From the NCBI GenBank assembly GCA_965235115.1, contig OZ249441.1, positions 15,562,001-15,626,000 on the forward strand: a stretch of 64,000 nt of DNA. Reading direction: 5' to 3'. The position numbers and the translations under genes are program-made. This DNA comes from Laetmonice hystrix. Taxonomy: Eukaryota. Below, in pieces: positions 13,659 to 27,256 of this stretch. Numbering within the stretch: position 1 is the first letter of the stretch; each line of letters starts with the position of its first letter. Below the pieces are notes generated by a model. That model saw only the letters and a program-made list of their open reading frames with translations. It made no database searches and was not told the DNA's origin.

Positions 13659-14699
13659 TATATATTGAACTGACAGCTAGCAAGACGTTTCTGTAGTAGT
13701 AGGTAGGTTTGTGATTATTAAGGTATTGCCATTAAGCCGGCTGAGTTGCCGAACTCTTTTTTTTATCAGATTGGGGCCCAACAATGTTAAAGCTGTTCAT
13801 TTCCTTTTTGCTTCCCACTCTGGCCCGGCAGAGACAAGACAAGACAAGACGGAAATGGTGCGATAACGGCCACATAAAGTGGTGTCGAGTTGTTTCAGGC
13901 ACGGGGGGGGGGGGGGGCACGGTTCGAGGCAACATACTCCAAAAGTACAACTTTGGAAGTCAATCTGAACCAAAAGTTGATAAACTGCTGCATGTGGTAT
14001 ATGAAATTCCTTCAGGAAATTCCCCTTGAAAAAAATTACCACGCCCTGTCATCAAGTTATGCAAGTGACGAATGGACCTACATGACTGCCTATTATATTT
14101 CCGAACAGCGTTTTAAAACATAATCACTTGGCACTTTGCGGCGGGGTTTATAAATGACAGATGTGACTGATGAGAGAATTTGAGTGTGGAATCCAAAACT
14201 TCTATTTCTGAGCCGCTGCAGATTTTCAATTAGATCGCCATGTCCCTGCCTCACTTTGTCGACATCTCGAGGTCCCCACCAGCCGCAGTGTTGGCGACAT
14301 TCGAACTACGCTGTGCATCCATCCATGATAGGCAAATCTCGGGTCTAATATATCGTGATGCCTCTGGTTTGCAGGGTCCTACATGGGATTTGCATATTTA
14401 CCCATGCGAACTCCGGCAATGATACCCAGGAGGCCCCCAGACTACAGTTATAGTGATGATGGTATAGAGTCTACGCCGGCGTCACACTCCAAATCCACCC
14501 AGCCGATTTTGATGTCGGGTGGAAATCGTATCGGGTCGTAAGTGGGAAGCCTTTTATTGTAGATCATTCGAGTCGACCATTCTCTAACAGGGTCAGAGAC
14601 GTTTGCGCAGATGTGAAGAAGGTTTAACATATTTCCATGTCTCCTTGAAATGCAAGTCCGATGAACCTGCAATCCCCGAAATATAGGTCCGAGGGACTT

Positions 14700-14827
14700 G
14701 GGCCCGGTTCACAAGAGAAGTCAAGTCAATTTTAAGTAACTTAAGTCAATTTTACTTGAAACTGATTGGTTAAAGTCTATTTCAAGTTAATTAGAAATTG
14801 GCTTGACTTTGCTTATGAACGGACCGG
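14700..14827. mobile_element. Small MITE (Harbinger-like GGCCCGGTTCA end)
   Basis: Imperfect 28-bp inverted repeat ccggttcacaagagaagtcaagtcaattt / aaattggcttgactttgcttatgaacgg. Confidence 0.55.
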
Positions 14828-17410
14828 ACACTGCATTCCTAGGGCCTGAAGTGCGTGATGTTGTATTATATAAATATATCTTCCTAATCCTAACCCTAAT
14901 CCTAACCTTATAGTGGTTAAACATTATAGTGCATGGTCCGACTGAGTGAATATTTACTGACCCAGGACGTTGGCTGTTTATATTCCGACTTTTATATAGG
15001 ATCTTCTCCTCGCATTTCCCCAACTGCCGGATCAAATACGTAATTATATACCAGATTATTCACAACACTTTAATAATTGTTGATCGATATATTCTTAAGA
15101 TCAATTTGAACAGTTCCAGAACAACAAAAAACATCACAAGTTCTGTACAAACCGTGACGATGATTTCCTCAGTGCATCCCTCTCATGATGTTTAGAACGA
15201 CAGAGATAAATAGCCTCTCTCTTTCAATTTACACCATGCACTCTGAAAAAATTATGTACCCTAACAGTACTTCATAGAAGATAGAACGTGTTGGGACTGC
15301 ACTACTGTAGTATCTTACCTTAGGCACGCCATGAAAAGTTTATAAAAAGTCCTCATAAATACAATGTTAGTAAAGAAAAAGTTCGAAACGTCATGTTCGC
15401 CGCCACAAAACACAACTCTTCTTTGTTCTTTACTTGAGGACAGTTGTTCATGCTTTGATCTTATTCAAAAACCATTCATTCCAGAGCAAGTTTTAAAAGA
15501 ATAAGATTTTAAAACGCGCTCGAACAAGTTTTCGCCAGACAAGTCAAAATCAACATTTTATTTTCTGGACCTTCATTTCGCCATCAATGGCATGAAAAAG
15601 GACGTTTGACAGGGAAACATCAATTGGCTCCTATTAAATGAACATCAAAGTATTTCAGAGTGAGACGCCACAGGAGCGGAGGATGTAGACGTCATCTCAT
15701 ATAGTCGGTTTATCGGAAAATATAAAATAAAATTATGGCCGATAATAACCCCCTTCCCTCACCCTCTGTTGGCAGCTGCTTCATCCGACCCGGAAGTTGT
15801 AATGCCTTACCCGGAAGGACATCAACTTTGTGTAAAAAAAAGAATAATGACGGTTTAATAGTTTAAGAAAACAGTTGAGACGACCCGCGGGGAGAAGCAT
15901 CAAAGGTATCACCACCGTTATGGTACAATATTAAGCACTAACCCTCGAACTCGGGCTGTATAACCAGACAAAAGGCCCCCTGGGAGATAGGAAGGTAGGA
16001 AAGGTTGTTTCTCCATAGTAACATTCCAATGGTATTGACGGTTATGTGTAGAGGGGTGTGCCTGTTATGGGTTATAGGTATAGGCTATGTTTTGGGAGGT
16101 CTAAGGACCTGGAGTAGGGGTAAACAATATGTTTTAAAGATGGCGATAATTTTCTTCAGACCAATTTTCGCGGGATATTACCATGGGGTATCTGCCAGAT
16201 TTTTAACATCCCACGTCCGAGACCGAGGCAGAGAACGAGCTTAGGGGCCGGAAGCGGGGTGATGGGGAGAAACGGAGGAACAATTTAATGTTTCCAGATT
16301 CCAAGGTCGGAAACCCAGGGGCCTTCTGGCCACTTTATCTCTGTACACAAAGTGGGCGGTGCAGTGCAGACCTTCCCTGGTTGCCGACCAAGTTAACACT
16401 ATGACGGATGTTGTTTCAGCCGGCCAGCAGTCGACTTTGATCCTAGGAATTTGCGTGCTTTCTCCTAGATATTTTCCATCTTGACGTTTCAGATCAATCC
16501 TCTTTTTATTTCGTTACGCCTCTGTGTGCGGCTAGCCCTAAAATGGTTTTAGGTTGTTATGGTGTGCAGGATGGTGTGCATAATGACAACAGCATGGGCC
16601 ATCTTAACATGCAGGGCGGGTAATCCACATGCACGGAACCAGGAATTACATTTTCTAAATCCCTTGACGTGTTATAGCATTAAAAGACATACTTTTAGGC
16701 CAACCATAAATCCTGCTTAGAGCACGTCCCAGGCGACTAAATACGTCCCCTTCATTCGAACTGCGAAAGACATGCATCAAGAAAATTATACGTGACTACT
16801 CGCCTTAAGTGCCTCTTCAGGGGAAGTGTCGAACACAATTTAACCGTCACAAAGGCAGTTTCCGACAGTCTGCTTTGAAATACCAACCGCGGTTTGAGCT
16901 TATTGGTGGTTTTTGATGTTTTGCTGTCCTCACACAATATTTATTGGCATCTAACTGGAAAAGGGCAACCGCTTAATAGTCTCATATAGCTTTAGTAGAT
17001 CTTTTTAGTTCAGAAGATATTTTAATAATATTAGAGCGTCTCCTGAGTCTATAATCCATGACATATCGCTAATTACCTTTACGATAGACACATTACCTAC
17101 GTCCTTAACGAAACTTCGGAGTACGGAATAAGAGGACAATTTATCCCGCGTTACCATGGCTACGGAATAAATGTCCATCTTCCCGAAGCTATTAAGCTTT
17201 ATTCCGAAGCTACTTTAAATTGGAGCGTGGGGATGATCCAACCAAAATTTTATGCCTACAATATCCTGCTTTCAATCAAACTCCTTCCAAATAAGATTTA
17301 CTTCCCAACGTTTCTTCACCTTCAGAACATCCATTTCGTTACGCAAAATGATTCACAATTCCGGTGGTCCAGAATTTCCCTCAATATTATTTTCGTGCCG
17401 TTTCTCCTGG

Positions 17411-17700
17411 TTTGGCACTGTGATCGCATACGGTATTGACCCATCCTTGCAGGACAAGACTGGTCCTCAGGTCGGGTTCTCCCTGAAGAGTTACTCCGGC
17501 TAACACCGGCAATGTCACAGTCTCATCCCTCTACCGGTCTCCAATCTCCAGTTTCCCGGAGTATAGTTGTGGGTGGTTCCCGGGAAATATACCGTTATCT
17601 TAGGCCTGGATTACTTCATACAAGCAAACCCTATCACCTATTCGATATGGGGTTGGCAATTTGCAATTCTGGTCCATCCTTCAAACCGATCGGTCGGAGT
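17411..17700 (+). pseudogene. Possible decayed LTR-retrotransposon aspartyl-protease fragment
   Basis: One frame reads ...FSLKSYSG*...LWVVPGKYTVILGLDYF, with ILGxD at 17594-17617 and two in-frame stops. The catalytic D(S/T)G motif is not found. Confidence 0.3.
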
Positions 17701-18361
17701 TCATCCATGGGAGGGAAAACCTAGAATTTGATTCCGTACAAACGCCATGATTTACGGGATGCATGCACTATCGCCGTCTTTGCATCACATGTTTATTAAA
17801 GCGACAGACAATATACTCGTCAAGACGTCCGAAAAAATAACAGGTGCTGAGTCGTAGACCTGATATATGTGAAGACGTTGACCTATATAATTTGTAGACT
17901 GGTAGTGGCGCAAAATACCAAGGTGGAGTGCCGTATTCATGCGCCAGTCCATGACCAATTACGTTAACCAATTTATCGTTCGTAAACCACGTGCCGCTAA
18001 CAGGAAAAGGTAACAAAATGTCAATGAAGGTAGGCCTATAGTGGCTATATATAGGTACGACTGCAATGTGAGTCTGACTTTGTGTGTATCTTTGCATGTC
18101 ACTTTAATGTTCCTGGTTCCATTTAAATCGGCTGTCCCCCAACGCCGTGTCCAATCTGTTTGAGTGGCAGTGGTTGTTCTCAGGGTGAATCGGTCCGTGA
18201 CAGCAGAGAATCAGATAACCAAGCTGTTACCTGCTGCTCGTCTTAATATTCCATCTTCCTGTGGCAGTCATACGAAAGTGATAACAGTCTATAACACCTT
18301 TCAGGATTATTCATATATGGCCTGGGGTTGGCAGGAAACAAGTAGGCCTAAAGGAAGACTA

Positions 18362-18643
18362 AAAGTGCAGTTTTTTTTTTGGGGGGGGGGGCGGTTACTA
18401 ATATATCGGATCGGTCACTGTCTCCCATCCGTATAAGAGATCCCTATCGTTCACTAGCATTGTTGGCAGCCTCATCACAGTATACACCCAGATAACGTAA
18501 AAAAATTGGAGGAAGAATGAAAATGCAGTTGTTTTTCCGTTAATAAGATATCGGGTCGGTCACTGTATCCTATCTGCATAAGAGATCACTACCGTTCACT
18601 AAAATAGTTGGCAGTGTCATGAGAGTACACCCAGATAACGTAA
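18362..18643. repeat. Diverged direct duplication, ~158-bp unit, 2 copies
   Basis: atatcgg(a/g)tcggtcactgt...taagagatc...cgttcacta...gttggcag...tacacccagataacgtaaa occurs at about 18403 and about 18549. Confidence 0.85.
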
Positions 18644-18927
18644 AGGCCAAATTAGTAAGCGGCAAACAACCAGGGTAGATATATGCAGGACAAAATGAAT
18701 GGGGTACAATGTGTCAAACCGGGCAGACGGGCCAATTAGAAGCCATCAGTGCCACAGCGACTGGGCGCAAACATGGCGTGACCATGAGCCGAGTCGAATG
18801 GCCGGTCTCCACGCACTCATCCCGAATAATTGACGGTCGATCCCCAAACCGTCACCAAACAATTGTCAAGGAGGTCTGTAGACGAATGTCGGATGTACAA
18901 GTGGCGTCTTATAGCCGTTAGAAATAT

Positions 18928-18989
<62 letters not shown>
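18928..18989. repeat. (AGC)n microsatellite, ~20 units
   Basis: Pure agc run read directly from sequence. Confidence 0.98.
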
Positions 18990-18991
<2 letters not shown>

Positions 18992-19575
18992 CATCGATAA
19001 ATGGATGACGATGACATAAGGTAACCGCCTTAACATGCTATGAGCATGGATAAAGCCGAGATAACGGTCTTATTAACAACCTCTTATTGTTATGCCGAGT
19101 GAATGGCTATAGGCGAGTGCTCGCAGCTCTCAAGCAGCTCTTCCAGAATAAGAAGAGACCAATGCATATCGACTGTCGATGAATACAAGCCCAACCTATA
19201 CCACTGGCCCTAGCTTTTATACCTTTTACCAGCGGTCAAGGCCGCCGACTAGTTTACATCAAGTGCCGTCCCTTAATTAATTTTGCATACTGTCCCGTCG
19301 TGTGGATTGAAACACCATTTTTTCGTTCGAAATCTGCCGACTATATATGAACATGTATGCTTTCCGTGTTGGAATGCATATATTGACGTTCAATATGAAT
19401 TTCTGATGGGTACCATACTCATAATTTGCCAACTGCTGTCTATGCTGGACCTGCTGTTTTGACAGTATACTTTGACATATATATTTGGATATTTACAATG
19501 TATGCTGACATATTGTACCACGAAAAAATGTAATCATTGAAGGTTGACAAATGATGAAAAGCCTCACAGGCGACA

Positions 19576-19839
19576 TTAAATTTCGTCAAGAACTCCTTCC
19601 ATCCTTCGTCCTGTCAGTTCCGAATCTGCAAGTCTATCCGTCGCCGGATATTTAATGAAAAATGACAGAGTAGATTTCTTACATTGAATCAAAAGGCATG
19701 CAGTGGACACCAGGGAGAGCTGTAGAGGTTCCGATATGATTAGTAAGCGTGCCTGGAGAGACTCCAACTTGTGGAAATTCAATGTCAAGGAGATCTCCCA
19801 ACGGTGCAATGAACTACAAAATGTGGAGAGGTAGGGCAT
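19576..19839 (-). pseudogene. Possible decayed LINE (CR1/L2-group) RT C-terminal fragment
   Basis: FCSSLHRWEISLTLNFHKLESLQARLLII resembles the YxSxVW..SLT...KLESIQKRALRII segment of CR1/L2-type ORF2 (recalled consensus, not a search result). Confidence 0.3.
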
Positions 19840-21794
19840 AGTAAAGGCACGACAAGGCGAGACAGGAGATCTGCGTTATAATTGTATGCGGCATATCTAA
19901 GTGAAATCATGATTTACAATGAGCATTAAAAAAAATACGTGGAAATATAGATCCGGGACTTTTAATAGTAAGCAGGAAAATTCGTAGGAAAATGCAGTAA
20001 TCGGAAGATCTTGACGCCGTTTGAAATTCAAACGGCTCTATATTGCATTTTTATCTGCTTTGTATGGACTGAACTATAACTCACCTACCCGTAATGTTTG
20101 TCACCCAATGAATAAAAAAACAGCACCAGTGTCTTCTGGGAAAGATATATCTTTGCTCATGATGAGATCATTTTAACTTTTGTTACGCAGGAGTTAGAAC
20201 GTCCAATTAAGTGTTGTTATGAGCGTGTCATTTCATTTCGCTTTCATACCTTTTGGGTATTGGCCTTTTCACAGGCCGAAATAAGCTACGTGAACCTTGC
20301 ACCCTCACCAGTCTATCTTGCTTAGGCCGTCGTTACTAATTAACAGTATCGTTAACTTACCGAGCAGCGAACGGGGACTACTCGTTAATTGAATATACGA
20401 GTCAATAAGGAGAAATCTGCCGCTGTATACCTCTCATATAGTCAGATGGCTGCCTGATATTGTCCATAATTCATCACACACATATGATATTAATACGTTA
20501 CGTCCACGACCGTTGCAATATTCCGTGACATACTATGTATAATTATACATGTATAGTTTCGAAGGAATATCCCCGTGTTCAGTCCTAATAATTTACGAAG
20601 AAGGTATAAATTAATTCTATATGTACGTATGAATTTATTCATCTATATACAACACCCGCTGGAACAGTTTGAACATCATCGAATTATGAATGGCTATTGT
20701 GATACTGCAATAAACGCTTAATAACATAAGGCAAGAGTTACCCGGGAAACACTGAAGGTATTACGCTGGAACGGTATATGCCCTTAATGACAGTTTTAGG
20801 AACTATACAATCGAATGGTGCTTTTACTTTCCTAGGAAAATTGTCTTTAAAAGGATTGTAAAATTTGTACCGACAAGCATTATCTGTAGGGTCAGTTTAT
20901 TTAATTTGCTAATACTCCTAGGTGACAAAGCTTCTCAATTACAATCGATTGTGTGCCTATACGCCTGACAATTACATGGTCGGATAATATCAATTTAATC
21001 AATTCGATTGCAGCATCTGGCTTTCCCGAGCTGAACAGGCAAAAAATTGTTGTCTGAAAAATGGTCCACTTAATGCTGGAGAAAGAAAGCGATAGTGGAC
21101 AATCCATTGAAATTAAAGTTCTGTCTCGTGGTAAAAGGCAAAATGTCAACACTCATTGAACAGATTCTAATACGACCTTAAGGGATGGAAAACACACACG
21201 GCAAATGATTGTGTGTTCATCACCTCGGACGTTTAAAAACGTTGGGACTCCAAACATCGTGTAGACAAGGTCTGTGAGCAGAGTAACACGTAATGTTACG
21301 CAATATGCCGTTGTGTGCAGCATTCGGCTCTGATGAACACACAAGCATATCAAGGTCAGAACCAGCGGCGTCACACATCGGGCAGTAACACGTTAATTAC
21401 TTCATTCAGATAACGTAATTGTGGCATTTATTGCCCTGAGGTAAATGCTGGTGTTCCATTTGGTCTACGAAACCTTATTTGCCGTGTGTGCTTACCCTTT
21501 AATGAATTCTTGAACTACATTGTACTTGGTCCCCTTAAGAGTGGTCCTTCCTGTTTGTAAGGGTGACGGACTGCAAACTCCGTACGTGGCACAGCTGGGT
21601 TAGCATCCGTCCACTACTATTTCCTTTATTGACCCGCTCCAATGCTCCGTATAATTAGGTTATCAAAGGCCTGGGTACGTCTAGCCGTGCCTGAGTGACT
21701 GGCCATATAAAACATATCCATTCCCATTTTTCCCTCGAAGAGAGTAGAGTCTGCCCACAAGCAGCTGTCCCCTTGAGACCCAACTCTGAGTTAA

Positions 21795-21876
21795 CCCGTA
21801 CCGTTTTGGTTGCCACTGATGGGCCCCACCCCGCACCCGTACCGTTTTGGTTGCCACTGATGGGCCCCACCCCGCA
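21795..21876. repeat. 41-bp perfect tandem duplication
   Basis: cccgtaccgttttggttgccactgatgggccccaccccgca, 2 copies. Confidence 0.95.
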
Positions 21877-22533
21877 CTCGTTTAAACCGGACACATTCAT
21901 CATGAGGATGTGGCTGCTTCTCAAATCGACGGCAGAAGATGGAGACTCTCGAAGGAACATAGGGGGATCCGTGCAAAACGATATAACAAACCGGAGTAAG
22001 AACTGAGAATTTATCACTATTGCTAGGAGCCCTAAACCTATCCCTACCTCCGACTTCCGGAGCCCAGACATCCTCCAGAAACTCCCCCTTATCCATAGCC
22101 CGTCCTCTCATCTTACCCCCACCCTAAATTTGGAAATTATGGTATTGTTACCATGGGTACATAGCACGGAACACTAGAGTAATTAATCGTCCCCCCCTTA
22201 CTTCCGTTGGACGCCTCCGAAATTCTTTCAAATCTGACCTTTTCGCACTTGAACTGAGACGTTGGAAGTTTCTTGGACTTTGCGTCCATAGTTGACGTAC
22301 TGATTCAGAGTGGAGATGAGAGGATAAAATAAAATCCTAGTTCTCTATACTAAAGGTTATAGTTAAATTAGTCTTATTTACTGAATACTAATTAAACATT
22401 TCTTTAATATCTCACAACGATCTCTTTTGGCCATATGCTTGACTAAACAATGACGGCGCAACAGAAAAACGATAGTGGAGTTAGCAAATTACAGTAACTT
22501 GGTATTTAAACGGATCCGATGCTAATGCATGCC

Positions 22534-22609
22534 TATAAATACGAGAACCAGCAAGATAAATCGTAACAGTTCATAGTCACAGCCTCCAATGATTTGTCTT
22601 CCCTGCACA
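22534..22609 (+). promoter_or_regulatory. Putative TATA promoter and non-coding first exon of the GPCR gene
   Basis: TATAAATA at 22534, Inr-like ACAGTT about 30 nt downstream, donor GTAAGA at 22610. This could splice to the acceptor ttttttcag ending at 23470. Confidence 0.3.
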
Positions 22610-23585
22610 GTAAGATGTAATTGCAGTCACACCCGGTAACACTTCATTCCACTGACTAGTATCTCATGTGAACCTGCCCAATTTCCGGGTAAAATTACAA
22701 CATGACATGTCTACACAATTTCCTTTCTTTGATTTACGAACAGAACCATGTGGCAATTATTTTTTTTACGAATGAGGTGCTCTCCTAATTGAGAGCAAGT
22801 CTCGCTCGTGGTGTATAATAATGGCGCTCTAGCTGTAAGAAATACGGTAATCTTGCGACATTCAATGTTGGAGCTGTCGCTAGCTCAAAGGACTGCTACA
22901 GCTGAGGAGGATTTAGCAATGAATGCGTGAGGATCTAGGGTGATTGGGGATAGGGTCCGTCGAGGAATGCGTCAGGCACGCGGAAGGCCCGACTCTCTTA
23001 CGTTTTCTTCCGCGATATTGGCAAGAAGGAGACGCCAGGAGAGCACACAGGTTCTGTCGATTTCTTTGTAGTCAATTGATCATCGAAACATCTACAACGT
23101 CTAGCTGTTTCGTTAATTCTGGTCGAGAGACGACCGCCAAGAGATTGCTGGTGTTTGTACAATGCGCCCGCCGTTGTTATATTTGGCAGTGCCTCACTGA
23201 TGGCCAACAATGAGAGTATGTATTCGTGATAATTATGAGATTATTACTGAATCCGATCTTCCCCCTTAACAAGATAACCTTGCACATAATAGGACCGGGC
23301 GGTCGTAAATCACAATTCCACACTCAGCGTCATAGGATTTCGACTGGCGCTGGTTTATAGCAAACAATGGTATATGGTAGGAATTGGACAATATACCATA
23401 TTAATGCTGGATTGTTTTCACGATGATTTATGCTGCGAATATTAACAGTGCCATTTTGTTTCTTTTTCAGAATTGACAGTGTATACGTGCAATGTTCTGC
23501 TCATCGAAGATGGACATTGCCTGTAAATGTTCCTGGGCTCAAAGTTGATATACACGTGGGAATACGGTCAACAAATATTTACGAC

Positions 23586-24791
23586 ATGCCAGAAAATATT
23601 ACTTCAGACACGAAGCAGACGATGCTAGCCTGGCCCGCTTCGCTCAATCTGACGTCACACATAAACGTCACAGCTGCTACAAACGTGACGTCAAACATAA
23701 CCGAGACTCCCTCTGGCGGTGGTCCCGACATGCTCTTACGGTTTATATGCGAAACAGCCATCAGCATGCCGATTGCAGTCCTCGGGGTGATCGGTAACAT
23801 AGTCGCCATATTTGTACTCCAGAAACAAAAGCAAAGAATGAGCACGACCTTATTGCTCCAAGGGTTGGCCATCTCCGACTCGACCATTTTACTTTCTACC
23901 CTGCTACTGCGTTCCATCCGTTACATGTACTATTTCACTCGGACTCCCACGCTGTGGCCATATATATCGGTGTACCATTATATATTCATCACTCTGTATC
24001 CAGTGGTATATTTCCTCCGTTTGATGGGTACATGGACGACTGTGCTGCTCACGATCGACCGTTTCATAGCCGTAAGGTTTCCCCTACACGCCCAGCGGTT
24101 ATGTACCTTACCGCGTGCCATAAGGCACATGGTCCTAATGTTCATCGTCGCTCTACTCTTTTGCGTGCCTAGATTCTTTGAGTACGAGATCAACGAGTCA
24201 AACCAGTTTGGTTTTTCACCCACTAAACTGCTCAAAAGTAGAGTCTATACAATCGTATATAGAATCGTTCTGTTTTTCATAGGCATGTACCTGGTTCCTA
24301 TGCTCTTCCTGATCATTCTCAACGCCAAGTTGTTAACTACACTACAGAACGCGGCGCAGTATCGTGCCACCGTCACCGACACCAAGACTTCGCGTTCCAA
24401 CCAGAGCATCACAGCTATCGTCGTCACGGTTGTTCTGGTGACTATCGCCTGCAATGTGTCGGCCATGGTGTCGCACTTGCTGTGGTCTCTCCAGCAATGC
24501 TTCGCTCACCTGGCTCACCTAGAGAAACCACGCAGGTACCTGTCGCTCATCAGCAACCTGTTGGTGACTATAAACTCGGCCATTAATTTTGTCATCTACT
24601 GCTTCTGTTCGCGCAATTTCAGAGCGATCTTGGTGAGCATGTGTAAGTGCCAGACGTATGGGTCGCCACGCCACGGTCGGTCCAGAGGCGGCAGTTCTCG
24701 CATGTCCTCGGCAACCACCGCCGTCTACATCTCGCTGAATCAAACAACAACGTTCAAAAAGAAACCCACGCATCAGACCGATAGTGTATGA
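23586..24791 (+). CDS. Class A peptide GPCR, FMRFamide/sex-peptide-receptor-like, ~401 aa, single coding exon
   Basis: Seven hydrophobic segments with GVIGN (TM1), LAISD (TM2), IDRFIAV (TM3), CVPRFFEY (TM4), YLVP (TM5) and NSAINFVIY (TM7). The N-terminus carries five N-x-T sites. The ORF-track start at 23430 lies upstream of a splice acceptor (23470), so ATG 23586 (MPENITS) is preferred. Confidence 0.92.
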   Translation: MPENITSDTKQTMLAWPASLNLTSHINVTAATNVTSNITETPSGGGPDMLLRFICETAISMPIAVLGVIGNIVAIFVLQKQKQRMSTTLLLQGLAISDSTILLSTLLLRSIRYMYYFTRTPTLWPYISVYHYIFITLYPVVYFLRLMGTWTTVLLTIDRFIAVRFPLHAQRLCTLPRAIRHMVLMFIVALLFCVPRFFEYEINESNQFGFSPTKLLKSRVYTIVYRIVLFFIGMYLVPMLFLIILNAKLLTTLQNAAQYRATVTDTKTSRSNQSITAIVVTVVLVTIACNVSAMVSHLLWSLQQCFAHLAHLEKPRRYLSLISNLLVTINSAINFVIYCFCSRNFRAILVSMCKCQTYGSPRHGRSRGGSSRMSSATTAVYISLNQTTTFKKKPTHQTDSV

Positions 24792-25887
24792 CAGGCATGG
24801 AGAATACTAAACTCATCAGACCTGCATTTATGGACTAAAGAGAATGATAATCTAAGAATAACACGTCTGTTATACATCTACACGCCATGGACGTCGAGAT
24901 ACAGCCACTGGCCCACTATGATGCAGTACATATAAGAAGAGTATACATTATTTGTTTTTGTCTGCACTAACATAAGTCCCTTCCTGAACGCAGCAATTGC
25001 TTGATGCCTGTTTTTGTTGTCCAAAATCCATTTTGATGCAACGTCTTTGGAGTCTTTAATATTGAGCTGGGTTAAAAAGGACAACCTGGAGCACGATAAA
25101 CCCTGCTGTTAAACTATTGCATGCAGTCAGAGATGGACTATTTTCTACTTGCTTGTTTCCCTATATATAGTTGTATAAACATAGGACGCCTGCCAAGGAG
25201 CCGAGACCTACAATTACCTGACAATCCCTGCCTTGTATATAGGANNNNNNNNNNNNNNNNNNNNNNNNNNNNNNNNNNNNNNNNNNNNNNNNNNNNNNNN
25301 NNNNNNNNNNNNNNNNNNNNNNNNNNNNNNNNNNNNNNNNNNNNNNNNNNNNNNNNNNNNNNNNNNNNNNNNNNNNNNNNNNNNNNNNNNNNNNNNNNNN
25401 NNNNNNNNNNNNNNNNNNNNNNNNNNNNNNNNNNNNNNNNNNNNNNNNNNNNNNNNNNNNNNNNNNNNNNNNNNNNNNNNNNNNNNNNNNNNNNNNNNNN
25501 NGAAGCAAAGTGATAATTGCGGCAGATTTTATAAAACAGATAAAAAGTTAAGATATCCGTTTAACGTAAGATGATGACATTTCAAAAATTTGATTTTTTT
25601 CTGACACGAACTTGTAGGACTTTAACATTAAATTTACGGATGCATTGTGGGTACAAAACAATGGCCTTTAAAGTTTATTCGCCTATTACAATATCAAGGC
25701 AATGATCTAGAAACAATAATATTATGTGATAATGGATGGAAAAGTAATGAGTAATTATGAAACAGTGTGAGGTAGCGAAGCAAACATTCCGCTCAGATGC
25801 CTACCAAAAGTGCATGAGAACTGAGAGAGCGCAGCATTGGGACTTCCCGCGGAATCGTCATAAAAGAGATTCCATTTATCTTCTTTG

Positions 25888-26045
25888 ATTCCTGGATATC
25901 CCCACATTATTAACCATAATGCTACATAACCTGCATTAACCTGCGGACCCGCTTCTACCCAATCGCCCCATTGGCACAGGTTGATTGGTGTCTATAAATG
26001 CAGGTTATGTAACATATGGTTAATAATGTCGAGATAACCAGGAAT
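25888..26045. mobile_element. Foldback/MITE-like element
   Basis: ~45-bp imperfect inverted repeat attcctggatatccccacattattaaccataatgctacataacctgcatt / aatgcaggttatgtaacatatggttaataatgtcgagataaccaggaat. TSD unclear. Confidence 0.6.
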
Positions 26046-26756
26046 TATTCTAATATAATTTTCAGACTCGATCCTTGTGAATTCACACACCATGCAGGTT
26101 TCCAGGTTTCTCCCTATTTTTCAATAGCATGTTCTCAACTATTGCAATCATTGTAATAAATGAATGTAGGAATATATTATAGACTGCGTAATAAATTAAT
26201 ATCGCAAGTTTTCGTATACATGTCTACGCGTGTCCTAACGGATTGTATATAGGGCGTCTAATTTATAGGGGTGAAGGATTATTTGCTGTCAGCAAAAACA
26301 AATGCATGCGCCTTGCTCGCCAATTCCTGCACCGACTAGATGGAGGTCCAGTTTGCCAACTGCCAGGTCCTTGGAGTAGGTATGTTCTCCGCGACTCCCG
26401 GCACAGCACGGCAAGGTGGCATGAGTGCCGAGTCAATACTCGATGTGAAAAAAGTACGATTGCAATATAGGCGCAGATCACATCAATCTAAGGTGGGTAG
26501 ATTTTTGCCAGCTTGCGAAAATTGCGGTGGTGATCATGCAACCACAACAGATGGGGACGCCTCCTAAACGTCAATAGGGATGACTGATATACGTACAGTG
26601 AGGGGGAAAAAGGTTATCAGTGGTGCCATCCTGGGTGCAATTTTACAGTTCCAATAGGATAGGACGGTTGTGGTAATACCTTGATCCTTGCCTGGGTGAA
26701 TGATATCAAAAATGATGGCATGAGATGGTCAACTCAGTCATCCCGTACTGTATGGC

Positions 26757-27256
26757 GCAAAGTCTAAAGGCCATGGTCCATGCATGGCGCAGAGTCTACA
26801 GGCCACGGTCCATGCATGGTGAGAGTCTACAGGCCATGGTCCATGCATGTCGTAGAGTCTACAGGCCACGGTCCATGCATGGTGAGAGTCTACAGGCCAT
26901 GGTCCATGCATGGCGCAGAGTCTACAGGCCATGGTCCATGCATGGCGCAGAGTCTACAGGCCATGGTCCATGCATGTCGTAGAGTCTACAGGCCACGGTC
27001 CATGCATGGTGAGAGTCTACAGGCCATGGTCCATGCATGGCGCAGAGTCTACAGGCCATGGTCCATGCATGTCGCAGAGTCTACAGGCCATGGTCCATGC
27101 ATGGTGAGAGTCTACAGGCCATGGTCCATGCATGTCGCAGAGTCTACAGGCCATGGTCCATGCATGTCGCAGAGTCTACAGGCCATGGTCCATGCATGGC
27201 GCAGAGTCTACAGGCCATGGTCCATGCATGGCGCAGAGTCTACAGGCCATGGTCCA
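26757..27256. repeat. 31-32-bp minisatellite, ~16 copies
   Basis: Core agagtctacaggcca(t/c)ggtccatgcatg plus a variable gcgc/gtg/tcgt/tcgc linker. Confidence 0.97.

Noticed and set aside
18817-19017. Poly-alanine ORF
   Set aside because: It is a translation of the (AGC)n microsatellite, with no splice or homology support.
19737-19833. KR-AWRDSNLW resembling a MIP/allatostatin-B peptide
   Set aside because: It has W-x5-W spacing, no amidation or cleavage signal (GKR), and only a single copy.
23579-24773. Several minus-strand ORFs over the GPCR (and likewise over the TRPC exons)
   Set aside because: They are antisense shadows of real coding sequence.
25121-25574. ORFs spanning N runs (also near 31.8 kb and 40.3-40.6 kb)
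   Set aside because: They are artefacts of assembly gaps.
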